A DNA stretch of 64,000 nt, taken from assembly GCF_009914755.1 (NCBI RefSeq), contig NC_060939.1. The stretch is one strand, 5' to 3'. The notes beneath the pieces were generated by a model that searched no databases, was not told the origin of the DNA, and worked only from the letters and a program-made list of their open reading frames with translations. Positions 29,922 through 43,900 of this stretch are shown here, in pieces. The position numbers were made by a program, and so were the translations under genes. The first letter of the stretch is position 1. Each line of letters starts with the position of its first letter. Origin of the DNA: the human T2T-CHM13v2.0 reference genome, Homo sapiens.

Positions 29922-32900
29922 TTGAGTCCATTCAATTCCATTCCTTTCGTTTCCATTCCATTTGATGCCATTCCATTCAATTCGGTTCTACTCGACTCCA
30001 ATACATTCAATTCCATTCCATCCGATTCCATTACATTCTTTTCATTTCTTATCCATTTCAAGCCATTCCACTCCATTCCATTCCACTCGTTTCCTTTCCA
30101 TTCGAGTCCATTCCTCTCCAGTCCATTCCGTTCAATCCATTCCATTCCAGTCCATTCCATTCGAGTCCGTTCCATTCCAGTCCATTCCATTCGAGTCAAT
30201 TCCATTCCATTCGATGTCTTTCCATAACGATCCATTCCATTCTATTCCTTTCGATTCCATTCCATTCTATTTCATTCCATTCGATTCCTTTCCATTGGAC
30301 TCCTTTCCATTCGAGTGCATTCCATTCCGTTCCATTTCTTTCCGTTCTGTACGATTCCTACCGTTCGATTTCATTTTGTTCCAGTCCATTCCTTTGGCGT
30401 CCATTCCATTCCATTTCACTCCATTCGATTCCATTCCACTCGATTCCACTTCGTTCCATTTCATTGCATTCCATTCAATTCAACTCTATTGCCTTCCATT
30501 GCATTCCATTCGATTACATTCCATGCGATTCCATTCGAAATCGAATCAATTACATTGCAATCCATTACTATTGAGTCCGTTTTTTTCCAGTCCACTGCAT
30601 TCTGGTCCATTCCATTTGATTCCATTCCATTCTATTCCATTCCATACAGTTGCATTCCATTGGATTCCATTCTATCTCTATAAATTCAATTGGAGACCAC
30701 TGCTTTGGAGTCCATTCTATATGATTCCATTCCATTCAAGTCCATTACATTTGGTTCAATTCCATTCCATTCCATTCCCTTCCATTCCATTCCTGTTGAT
30801 ATCAATCCATTCGATTCCATTCCATTCGAGCACATTCCATTCAAGTCCATTCCATTCGATGCCATTCCATTTGATTCTATTAAATTAGTCTCCATTCAAT
30901 TCCATTAATCTCCATTCCATTCCATTCTACTCCAACTGATTCCATTCCATTCTATTCCTTTCCATTCCATTTCATTCCATTCCATTCCATTCCATTCCAT
31001 TCCATTCCATTCGTGTCCATTCCACTCCAGTCCATTCCATTCGTGTCCATTCCATTCCAGTCCATTCCATTTGTGTCCACTGCATTCCATTCCACTCCAT
31101 TCCATATTAATCCATTACACTCCATTCCATTCTATTACTTTCATTTCCATTCAATTCCATTCCATTTGATTGCATTCCACTCGGTTTCATTCCATTTGAG
31201 TCCACTCCATTCCATTCCATTCCATTCCATTCAGTTCCATTCCATTCTGTTCCAATCCATTCCATTCCATTGCATTCCATTCCATTCGGTACCATTCCAT
31301 ATTGTTCCATTCGATTCCATTCGAATCCATTCCATTCCAGTCCATTCCATTCGATTCCATTCCATTCCTTTACATTCCTTTCCATTCCATTCCATTCCAC
31401 TTGATTCCACTCCATTCCCTTCCACTGCATTCCATTCGATTCCATTCCATTGCATTGCATTCCATTCCATTGGACTGCATTCCATTCGATTCCATTCTTT
31501 TCGAATCAATTACTTAGCAATCCATTACATTCGAGTCTATTCTATTCCGTTCCATTCGATTTCGTTCCAATCCATTCGATTCCATTCCATTCGATTCCAT
31601 TCCATACTATTGCATTCCATTCTATTACATTATATTCGAATAAGTTCCGTTAAAGACCATTTCTTTTGAGTCCATTCTATTTGAGTCCATTCCCTTTGAT
31701 TCCATAACATTTGAGTCCATTCAATTCCATTCCTTTCGTTTCCATTCCATTTGATGCCATTCCATTCAATTCTGTTCTACTCGACTCCAATACATTCAAT
31801 TCCATTCCATCCGATTCCATTACATTCTTTTCATTTCTTATCCATTTCAAGCCATTCCACTCCATTCCATTCCACTCGTTTCCTTTCCATTCGAGTCCAT
31901 TCCTTTCCAGTCCATTCCGTTCAATCCATTCCATTCCAGTCCATTCCATTCGAGTCCGTTCCATTCCAGTCCATTCCATTCGAGTCAATTCCATTCCATT
32001 CGATGTCTTTCCATAACGATCCATTCCATTCTATTCCTTTCGATTCCATTCCATTCTATTTCATTCCATTCGATTCCCTTCCATTGGACTCCTTTCCATT
32101 CGAGTGCATTCCATTCCGTTCCATTTCTTTCCGTTCTGTACGATTCCTACCGTTCGATTTCATTTTGTTCCAGTCCATTCCTTTCGCGTCCATTCCATTC
32201 CATTTCACTCCATTCGATTCCATTCCACTCGATTCCACTTCGTTCCATTTAATTGCATTCCATTCTATTCAACTCTGTTGCCTTCCATTCCATTCCATTC
32301 GATTACATTCCATGCGATTCCATTTGAAATCGAATCAATTACATTGCAATCCATTACTATTGAGTCCGTTTTATTCCAGTCCACTGCATTCTGGTCCATT
32401 CCGTTTGATTCCATTCCATTCTATTCCATTTCACACAGTTGCATTCCATTGGATTCCATTCTATATCTTTAAATTCAATTCGAGACCATTGCTTTTGAGT
32501 CCATTCTATATGATTCCATTCCATTCAATTCCATTACATTTGGATCAATTCCATTCCATTCCATTCCCTTCCATTCCATTCCAATTGATATCAATCCATT
32601 CGATTCCATTCCATTCGAGCACATTCCATTCGAGTCCATTCCATTCGATGCCATTCCATTTGATTCTATTCCATTAGTCTCCATTCAATTCCATTATTCT
32701 CCATTCCATTCCATTCTACTCCAACTGATTCCATTCCATTCTATTCCTTTCCATTCCATTTCATTCCATTGCATTCCATTTCATTCCATTCCATTCCATT
32801 CGTGTCCATTCCACTCCAGTCCATTCCATTCGTGTCCATTCCATTCCAGTCCATTACATTTGTGTCCACTGCATTCCATTCCACTCCATTCCATATTATT

Positions 32901-33499
32901 CCATTTCACTCCATTCCATTCTATTACTTTCATTTCCATTCAATTCCATTCCATTTGATTCCATTCCACTCGGTTTCATTCCATTTGAGTCCACTCCATT
33001 CCATTCCATTCCATTCCATTCACTTCCATTCCATTCTGTCCCATTCCATTCCGTTCCATTGCATTCCATTCCATTCGGTACCATTCCATATTGTTCCATT
33101 CGATTCCATTCGAATCCATTCCATTCCAGTCCATTCCATTCGATTCCATTCCATTCCTTTCAATTCCATTCCATTCCATTCCATTCCACTTGATTCCACT
33201 CCATTCCCTTCCACTGCATTCCATTCGATTCCATTCCATTGTATTGCATTCCATTCGATTGGATTTCATTCCATTCGATTCTATTCCATTCGAATCAATT
33301 ACATAGCAGTCCATTACATTTGAGTCTATTCTATTCCGTTCCATTCGATTTCGTTCCAATCAATTCGATTCCATTCCATTCGATTCCATTCCATACTATT
33401 GCATTCCATTCTATTACATTATATTCGAATAAGTTCCATTCAAGACCATTTGTTTTGAGTCCATTCTATTTGAGTCCATTCCCTTTGATTCCATAACAT

Positions 33500-34979
33500 T
33501 TGAGTCCATTCAATTCCATTCCTTTCGTTTCCATTCCAATTGATGCCATTCCGTTCAATTCTGTTCTACTCGACTCCAATACATTCAATTCCATTCCATC
33601 CGATTCCATTACATTCTTTTCATTTCTTCTCCATTTCAAGCCATTCCACTCCATTCCATTCCACTCGTTTCCTTTCCATTCGAGTCCATTCCACTCCAGT
33701 CCATTCCATTCATGTCCAATCCATTCCAGTCCATTCCATTTGTGTCCACTGCATTCCATTCCACTCCATTCCATATTATTCCATTACACTCCATTCCATT
33801 CTATTACTTTCATTTCCATTCAATTCCATTCCATTTGATTCCATTCCACTCGGTTTCATTCCATTTGAGTCCACTCCATTCCATTCCATTCCATTCCATT
33901 CAGTTCCATTCCATTCTGTTCCAATCCATTCCATTCCATTGCATTCCATTCCATTCGGTACCATTCCATATTGTTCCATTCGATTCCATTCGAATCCATT
34001 CCATTCCAGTCCATTCCATTCGATTCCATTCCATTCCTTTACATTCCATTCCATTCCATTCCATTCCATTCCACTTGATTCCTCTCCATTCCCTTCCACT
34101 GCATTCCATTCGATTCCATTCCATTGCATTGCATTCCATTCCATTGGACAGCATTCCATTCGATTCCATTCCTTTCGAATCAATTACATAGCAATCCATT
34201 ACATTCGAGTCTATTCTATTCCTTTCCATTCCATTTCATTCCATTCCATTCCATTCCATTCCATTCCATTCCATTCCATTCGTGTCCATTCCACTCCAGT
34301 CCATTCCATTCGTATCCATTCCATTCCAGTCCATTCCATTTGTGTCCACTGCATTCCATTCCACTCCATTCCATATTATTCCATTACACTCCATTCCATT
34401 CTATTACTTTCATTTCCATTCAATTCCATTCCATTTGATTCCATTCCACTCGGTTTCATTCCATTTGAGTCCACTCCATTCCATTCCATTCCATTCAGTT
34501 CCATTCCATTCTGTTCCATTCCATTCCGTTCCATTACATTCCATTCCATTCAGTACCATTCCATATTGTTCCATTCGATTCCATTCGAATCCATTCCATT
34601 CCAGTCCATTCCATTCGATTCCATTCCATTCATTTCAATTCCATTCCATTCCATTCCATTACATTCCACTTGATTCCTCTCCATTCCCTTCCACTGCATT
34701 CCGTTCGATTCCATTCCATTGCATTGCATTCCATTCCATTGGATTGCATTCCATTCGATTCCATTCCATTCGAATCAATTACATAGCAATCCATTACATT
34801 CGAGTCTATTCTCTTCCGTTCCATTCGATTTCGTTCCAATCCATTCGATTCTATTCCATTCGATTCCATTCCATACTATTGCATTCCATTCGATTACATT
34901 ATATTCGAATAAGTTCCATTCAAGACCATTTCTTTTGAGTCCATTCTATTTGAGTCCATTCCCTTTGATTCCATAACAT
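33500..34979 (+). repeat. Rearranged 1480-bp unit (~0.91-kb deletion followed by ~0.6-kb duplication)
   Basis: The markers CATAACGATCC through GAGCAC and TCCAACTG are missing after ~33690. The KpnI-bearing half then appears twice (33957 intact, 34552 mutated), with a jump back at ~34220. Confidence 0.85.
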
Positions 34980-37900
34980 TTGAGTCCATTCAATTCCATT
35001 CCTTTCGTTTCCATTCCATTTGATGCCATTCCATTCAATTCTGTTCTACTCGACTCCAATACATTCAATTCCATTCCATCCGATTCCATTACATTCTTTT
35101 CATTTCTTATCCATTTCAAGCCATTCCACTCCATTCCATTCCACTCGTTTCCTTTCCATTCGAGTCCATTCCTCTCCAGTCCATTCCGTTCAATCCATTC
35201 CATTCCAGTCCATTCCATTCGAGTCCGTTCCATTCCAGTCCATTCCATTCGAGTCAATTCCATTCCATTCGATGTCTTTCCATAACGATCCATTCCATTC
35301 TATTCCTTTCGATTCCATTCCATTCTATTTCATTCCATTCGATTCCCTTCCATTGGACTCCTTTCCATTCGAGTGCATTCCATTCCGTTCCATTTCTTTC
35401 CGTTCTGTACAATTCCTACCGTTCGATTTCATTTTGTTCCAGTCCATTCTTTCGCGTCCATTCCATTCCATTTCACTCCATTCGATTCCATTCCACTCGA
35501 TTCCACTTCGTTCCATTTCATTGCATTCCATTCTATTCAACTCTATTGCCTTCCATTCCATTCCATTCCATTACATTCCATGCGATTCCATTCGAAATCG
35601 AATCAATTACATTGCAATCCATTACTATTGAGTCCGTTTTATTCCAGTCCACTGCATTCTGGTCCATTCCATTTGATTCCATTCCATTCTATTCCATTCC
35701 ATACAGTTGCATTCCATTGGATTCCATGCTATATCTATAAATTCAATTCGAGACCATTGCTTTTGAGTCCATTCTATATGATTCCATTCCATTCAAGTCC
35801 ATTACATTTGGTTAAATTCCATTCCATTCGGTTCAATTCCATTCCATTCCATTCCCTTCCATTCCATTCCAGTTGATATCAATCCATTCGATTCCATTCC
35901 ATTCGAGCACATTCCATTCGAGTCCATTCCATTTGATTCTATTCCATTAGTCTCCATTCAATTCCATTAATCTCCATTCCATTCCATTCTACTACAACTG
36001 ATTCCATTCCATTCTATTCCTTTCCATTCCATTTCATTCCATTCCATTCCATTCCATTCCATTCCATTCCACTCCATTCGTGTCCATTCCACTCCAGTCC
36101 ATTCCATTCGTATCCATTCCATTCCAGTCCATTCCATTTGTGTCCACTGCATTCCATTCCACTCCATTCCATATTATTCCATTACACTCCATTCCATTCT
36201 ATTACTTTCATTTCCATTCAATTCCATTCCATTTGATTCCATTCCACTCGGTTTCATTCCATTTGAGTCCACTCCATTCCATTCCATTCCATTCAGTTCC
36301 ATTCCATTCTGTTCCATTCCATTCCGTTCCATTACATTCCATTCCATTCGGTACCATTCCATATTGTTCCATTCGATTCCATTCGAATCCATTCCATTCC
36401 AGTCCATTCCATTCGATTCCATTCCATTCATTTCAATTCCATTCCATTCCATTCCATTACATTCCACTTGATTCCTCTCCATTCCCTTCCACTGCATTCC
36501 GTTCGATTCCATTCCATTGCATTGCATTCCATTCCATTGGATTGCATTCCATTCGATTCCATTCCATTCGAATCAATTACATAGCAATCCATTACATTCG
36601 AGTCTATTCTATTCCGTTCCATTCGATTTCGTTCCAATCCATTCGATTCCATTCCATTCGATTCCATTCCATACTATTGCATTCCATTCGATTACATTAT
36701 ATTCGAATAAGTTCCATTCAAGACCATTTCTTTTGAGTCCATTCTATTTGAGTCCATTCCCTTTGATTCCATAACATTTGAGTCCATTCAATTCCATTCC
36801 TTTCGTTTCCATTCCATTTGATGCCATTCCATTCAATTCTGTTCTACTCGACTCCAATACATTCAATTCCATTCCATCCGATTCCATTACATTCTTTTCA
36901 TTTCTTATCCATTTCAAGCCATTCCACTCCATTCCATTCCACTCGTTTCCTTTCCATTCGAGTCCATTCCTCTCCAGTCCATTCCGTTCAATCCATTCCA
37001 TTCCAGTCCATTCCATTCGAGTCCGTTCCATTCCAGTCCATTCCATTCGAGTCAATTCCATTCCATTCGATGTCTTTCCATAACGATCCATTCCATTCTA
37101 TTCCTTTCGATTCCATTCCATTCTATTTCATTCCATTCGATTCCCTTCCATTGGACTCCTTTCCATTCGAGTGCATTCCATTCCGTTCCATTTCTTTCCG
37201 TTCTGTACAATTCCTACCGTTCGATTTCATTTTGTTCCAGTCCATTCTTTCGCGTCCATTCCATTCCATTTCACTCCATTCGATTCCATTCCACTCGATT
37301 CCACTTCGTTCCATTTCATTGCATTCCATTCTATTCAACTCTATTGCCTTCCATTCCATTCCATTCCATTACATTCCATGCGATTCCATTCGAAATCGAA
37401 TCAATTACATTGCAATCCATTACTATTGAGTCCGTTTTATTCCAGTCCACTGCATTCTGGTCCATTCCATTTGATTCCATTCCATTCTATTCCATTCCAT
37501 ACAGTTGCATTCCATTGGATTCCATGCTATATCTATAAATTCAATTCGAGACCATTGCTTTTGAGTCCATTCTATATGATTCCATTCCATTCAAGTCCAT
37601 TACATTTGGTTAAATTCCATTCCATTCGGTTCAATTCCATTCCATTCCATTCCCTTCCATTCCATTCCAGTTGATATCAATCCATTCGATTCCATTCCAT
37701 TCGAGCACATTCCATTCGAGTCCATTCCATTTGATTCTATTCCATTAGTCTCCATTCAATTCCATTAATCTCCATTCCATTCCATTCTACTACAACTGAT
37801 TCCATTCCATTCTATTCCTTTCCATTCCATTTCATTCCATTCCATTCCATTCCATTCCATTCCATTCCACTCCATTCGTGTCCATTCCACTCCAGTCCAT

Positions 37901-40900
37901 TCCATTCGTATCCATTCCATTCCAGTCCATTCCATTTGTGTCCACTGCATTCCATTCCACTCCATTCCATATTATTCCATTACACTCCATTCCATTCTAT
38001 TACTTTCATTTCCATTCAATTCCATTCCATTTGATTCCATTCCACTCGGTTTCATTCCATTTGAGTCCACTCCATTCCATTCCATTCCATTCAGTTCCAT
38101 TCCATTCTGTTCCATTCCATTCCGTTCCATTACATTCCATTCCATTCGGTACCATTCCATATTGTTCCATTCGATTCCATTCGAATCCATTCCATTCCAG
38201 TCCATTCCATTCGATTCCATTCCATTCATTTCAATTCCATTCCATTCCATTCCATTACATTCCACTTGATTCCTCTCCATTCCCTTCCACTGCATTCCGT
38301 TCGATTCCATTCCATTGCATTGCATTCCATTCCATTGGATTGCATTCCATTCGATTCCATTCCATTCGAATCAATTACATAGCAATCCATTACATTCGAG
38401 TCTATTCTATTCCGTTCCATTCGATTTCGTTCCAATCCATTCGATTCCATTCCATTCGATTCCATTCCATACTATTGCATTCCATTCGATTACATTATAT
38501 TCGAATAAGTTCCATTCAAGACCATTTCTTTTGAGTCCATTCTATTTGAGTCCATTCCCTTTGATTCCATAACATTTGAGTCCATTCAATTCCATTCCTT
38601 TCGTTTCCATTCCATTTGATGCCATTCCATTCAATTCTGTTCTACTCGACTCCAATACATTCAATTCCATTCCATCCGATTCCATTACATTCTTTTCATT
38701 TCTTATCCATTTCAAGCCATTCCACTCCATTCCATTCCACTCGTTTCCTTTCCATTCGAGTCCATTCCTCTCCAGTCCATTCCGTTCAATCCATTCCATT
38801 CCAGTCCATTCCATTCGAGTCCGTTCCATTCCAGTCCATTCCATTCGAGTCAATTCCATTCCATTCGATGTCTTTCCATAACGATCCATTCCATTCTATT
38901 CCTTTCGATTCCATTCCATTCTATTTCATTCCATTCGATTCCCTTCCATTGGACTCCTTTCCATTCGAGTGCATTCCATTCCGTTCCATTTCTTTCCGTT
39001 CTGTACGATTCCTACCGTTCGATTTCATTTTGTTCCAGTCCATTCTTTCGCGTCCATTCCATTCCATTTCACTCCATTCGATTCCATTCCACTCGATTCC
39101 ACTTCGTTCCATTTCATTGCATTCCATTCTATTCAACTCTATTGCCTTCCATTCCATTCCATTCGATTACATTCCATGCGATTCCATTCGAAATCGAATC
39201 AATTACATTGCAATCCATTACTATTGAGTCCGTTTTATTCCAGTCCACTGCATTCTGGTCCATTCCATTTGATTCCATTCCATTCTATTCCATTCCATAC
39301 AGTTGCATTCCATTGGATTCCATGCTATATCTATAAATTCAATTCGAGACCATTGCTTTTGAGTCCATTCTATATGATTCCATTCCATTCAAGTCCATTA
39401 CATTTGGTTAAATTCCATTCCATTCGGTTCAATTCCATTCCATTCCATTCCCTTCCATTCCATTCCAGTTGATATCAATCCATTCGATTCCATTCCATTC
39501 GAGCACATTCCATTCGAGTCCATTCCATTCGATGCCATTCCATTTGATTCTATTCCATTAGTCTCCATTCAATTCCATTAATCTCCATTCCATTCCATTC
39601 TACTCCAACTGATTCCATTCCATTCTATTCCTTTCCAGTCCATTTCATTCCATTCCATTCCATTCCATTCCATTCCATTCCATTCGTGTCCATTCCACTC
39701 CAGTCCATTCCATTCGTATCCATTCCATTCCAGTCCATTCCATTTGTGTCCACTGCATTCCATTCCACTCCATTCCATATTATTCCATTACACTCCATTC
39801 CATTCTATTACTTTCATTTCCATTCAATTCCATTCCATTTGATTCCATTCCACTCGGTTTCATTCCATTTGAGTCCACTCCATTCCATTCCATTCCATTC
39901 AGTTCCATTCCATTCTGTTCCATTCCATTCCGTTCCATTACATTCCATTCCATTCGGTACCATTCCATATTGTTCCATTCGATTCCATTCGAATCCATTC
40001 CATTCCAGTCCATTCCATTCGATTCCATTCCATTCATTTCAATTCCATTCCATTCCATTCCATTACATTCCACTTGATTCCTCTCCATTCCCTTCCACTG
40101 CATTCCGTTCGATTCCATTCCATTGCATTGCATTCCATTCCATTGGATTGCATTCCATTCGATTCCATTCCATTCGAATCAATTACATAGCAATCCATTA
40201 CATTCGAGTCTATTCTCTTCCGTTCCATTCGATTTCGTTCCAATCCATTCGATTCCATTCCATTCGATTCCATTCCATACTATTGCATTCCATTCGATTA
40301 CATTATATTCGAATAAGTTCCATTCAAGACCATTTCTTTTGAGTCCATTCTATTTGAGTCCATTCCCTTTGATTCCATAACATTTGAGTCCATTCAATTC
40401 CATTCCTTTCGTTTCCATTCCATTTGATGCCATTCCATTCAATTCTGTTCTACTCGACTCCAATACATTCAATTCCATTCCATCCGATTCCATTACATTC
40501 TTTTCATTTCTTATCCATTTCAAGCCATTCCACTCCATTCCATTCCACTCGTTTCCTTTCCATTCGAGTCCATTCCTCTCCAGTCCATTCCGTTCAATCC
40601 ATTCCATTCCAGTCCATTCCATTCGAGTCCGTTCCATTCCAGTCCATTCCATTCGAGTCAATTCCATTCCATTCGATGTCTTTCCATAACGATCCATTCC
40701 ATTCTATTCCTTTCGATTCCATTCCATTCTATTTCATTCCATTCGATTCCCTTCCATTGGACTCCTTTCCATTCGAGTGCATTCCATTCCGTTCCATTTC
40801 TTTCCGTTCTGTACAATTCCTACCGTTCGATTTCATTTTGTTCCAGTCCATTCTTTCGCGTCCATTCCATTCCATTTCACTCCATTCGATTCCATTCCAC

Positions 40901-43900
40901 TCGATTCCACTTCGTTCCATTTCATTGCATTCCATTCTATTCAACTCTATTGCCTTCCATTCCATTCCATTCCATTACATTCCATGCGATTCCATTCGAA
41001 ATCGAATCAATTACATTGCAATCCATTACTATTGAGTCCGTTTTATTCCAGTCCACTGCATTCTGGTCCATTCCATTTGATTCCATTCCATTCTATTCCA
41101 TTCCATACAGTTGCATTCCATTGGATTCCATGCTATATCTATAAATTCAATTCGAGACCATTGCTTTTGAGTCCATTCTATATGATTCCATTCCATTCAA
41201 GTCCATTACATTTGGTTAAATTCCATTCCATTCGGTTCAATTCCATTCCATTCCATTCCCTTCCATTCCATTCCAGTTGATATCAATCCATTCGATTCCA
41301 TTCCATTCGAGCACATTCCATTCGAGTCCATTCCATTTGATTCTATTCCATTAGTCTCCATTCAATTCCATTAATCTCCATTCCATTCCATTCTACTCCA
41401 ACTGATTCCATTCCATTCTATTCCTTTCCAGTCCATTTCATTCCATTCCATTCCATTCCATTCCATTCCATTCCACTCCATTCGTGTCCATTCCACTCCA
41501 GTCCATTCCATTCGTATCCATTCCATTCCAGTCCATTCCATTTGTGTCCACTGCATTCCATTCCACTCCATTCCATATTATTCCATTACACTCCATTCCA
41601 TTCTATTACTTTCATTTCCATTCAATTCCATTCCATTTGATTCCATTCCACTCGGTTTCATTCCATTTGAGTCCACTCCATTCCATTCCATTCCATTCAG
41701 TTCCATTCCATTCTGTTCCATTCCATTCCGTTCCATTACATTCCATTCCATTCGGTACCATTCCATATTGTTCCATTCGATTCCATTCGAATCCATTCCA
41801 TTCCAGTCCATTCCATTCGATTCCATTCCATTCATTTCAATTCCATTCCATTCCATTCCATTACATTCCACTTGATTCCTCTCCATTCCCTTCCACTGCA
41901 TTCCGTTCGATTCCATTCCATTGCATTGCATTCCATTCCATTGGATTGCATTCCATTCGATTCCATTCCATTCGAATCAATTACATAGCAATCCATTACA
42001 TTCGAGTCTATTCTATTCCGTTCCATTCGATTTCGTTCCAATCCATTCGATTCCATTCCATTCGATTCCATTCCATACTATTGCATTCCATTCGATTACA
42101 TTATATTCGAATAAGTTCCATTCAAGACCATTTCTTTTGAGTCCATTCTATTTGAGTCCATTCCCTTTGATTCCATAACATTTGAGTCCATTCAATTCCA
42201 TTCCTTTCGTTTCCATTCCATTTGATGCCATTCCATTCAATTCTGTTCTACTCGACTCCAATACATTCAATTCCATTCCATCCGATTCCATTACATTCTT
42301 TTAATTTCTTATCCATTTCAAGCCATTCCACTCCATTCCATTCCACTCGTTTCCTTTCCATTCGAGTCCATTCCTCTCCAGTCCATTCCGTTCAATCCAT
42401 TCCATTCCAGTCCATTCCATTCGAGTCCGTTCCATTCCAGTCCATTCCATTCGAGTCAATTCCATTCCATTCGATGTCTTTCCATAACGATCCATTCCAT
42501 TCTATTCCTTTCGATTCCATTCCATTCTATTTCATTCCATTCGATTCCCTTCCATTGGACTCTTTCCATTCGAGTGCATTCCATTCCGTTCCATTTCTTT
42601 CCGTTCTGTACGATTCCTACCGTTCGATTTCATTTTGTTCCAGTCCATTCTTTCGCGTCCATTCCATTCCATTTCACTCCATTCGATTCCATTCCACTCG
42701 ATTCCACTTCGTTCCATTTCATTGCATTCCATTCTATTCAACTCTATTGCCTTCCATTCCATTCCATTCGATTACATTCCATGCGATTCCATTCGAAATC
42801 GAATCAATTACATTGCAATCCATTACTATTGAGTCCGTTTTATTCCAGTCCACTGCATTCTGGTCCATTCCATTTGATTCCATTCCATTCTATTCCATTC
42901 CATACAGTTGCATTCCATTGGATTCCATGCTATATCTATAAATTCAATTCGAGACCATTGCTTTTGAGTCCATTCTATATGATTCCATTCCATTCAAGTC
43001 CATTACATTTGGTTAAATTCCATTCCATTCGGTTCAATTCCATTCCATTCCATTCCCTTCCATTCCATTCCAGTTGATATCAATCCATTCGATTCCATTC
43101 CATTCGAGCACATTCCATTCGAGTCCATTCCATTCGATGCCATTCCATTTGATTCTATTCCATTAGTCTCCATTCAATTCCATTAATCTCCATTCCATTC
43201 CATTCTACTCCAACTGATTCCATTCCATTCTATTCCTTTCCAGTCCATTTCATTCCATTCCATTCCATTCCATTCCATTCCATTCCATTCGTGTCCATTC
43301 CACTCCAGTCCATTCCATTCGTATCCATTCCATTCCAGTCCATTCCATTTGTGTCCACTGCATTCCATTCCACTCCATTCCATATTATTCCATTACACTC
43401 CATTCCATTCTATTACTTTCATTTCCATTCAATTCCATTCCATTTGATTCCATTCCACTCGGTTTCATTCCATTTGAGTCCACTCCATTCCATTCCATTC
43501 CATTCAGTTCCATTCCATTCTGTTCCATTCCATTCCGTTCCATTACATTCCATTCCATTCGGTACCATTCCATATTGTTCCATTCGATTCCATTCGAATC
43601 CATTCCATTCCAGTCCATTCCATTCGATTCCATTCCATTCATTTCAATTCCATTCCATTCCATTACATTACATTCCACTTGATTCCTCTCCATTCCCTTC
43701 CACTGCATTCCGTTCGATTCCATTCCATTGCATTGCATTCCATTCCATTGGATTGCATTCCATTCGATTCCATTCCATTCGAATCAATTACATAGCAATC
43801 CATTACATTCGAGTCTATTCTCTTCCGTTCCATTCGATTTCGTTCCAATCCATTCGATTCCATTCCATTCGATTCCATTCCATACTATTGCATTCCATTC

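Noticed and set aside
21-30700. Shared CAATTGGAGACC variant at ~30 and ~30692 suggesting a 30.66-kb duplication
   Set aside because: It is a single site at a CpG and the flanking private variants are not shared, so recurrent mutation or an old variant is more likely.
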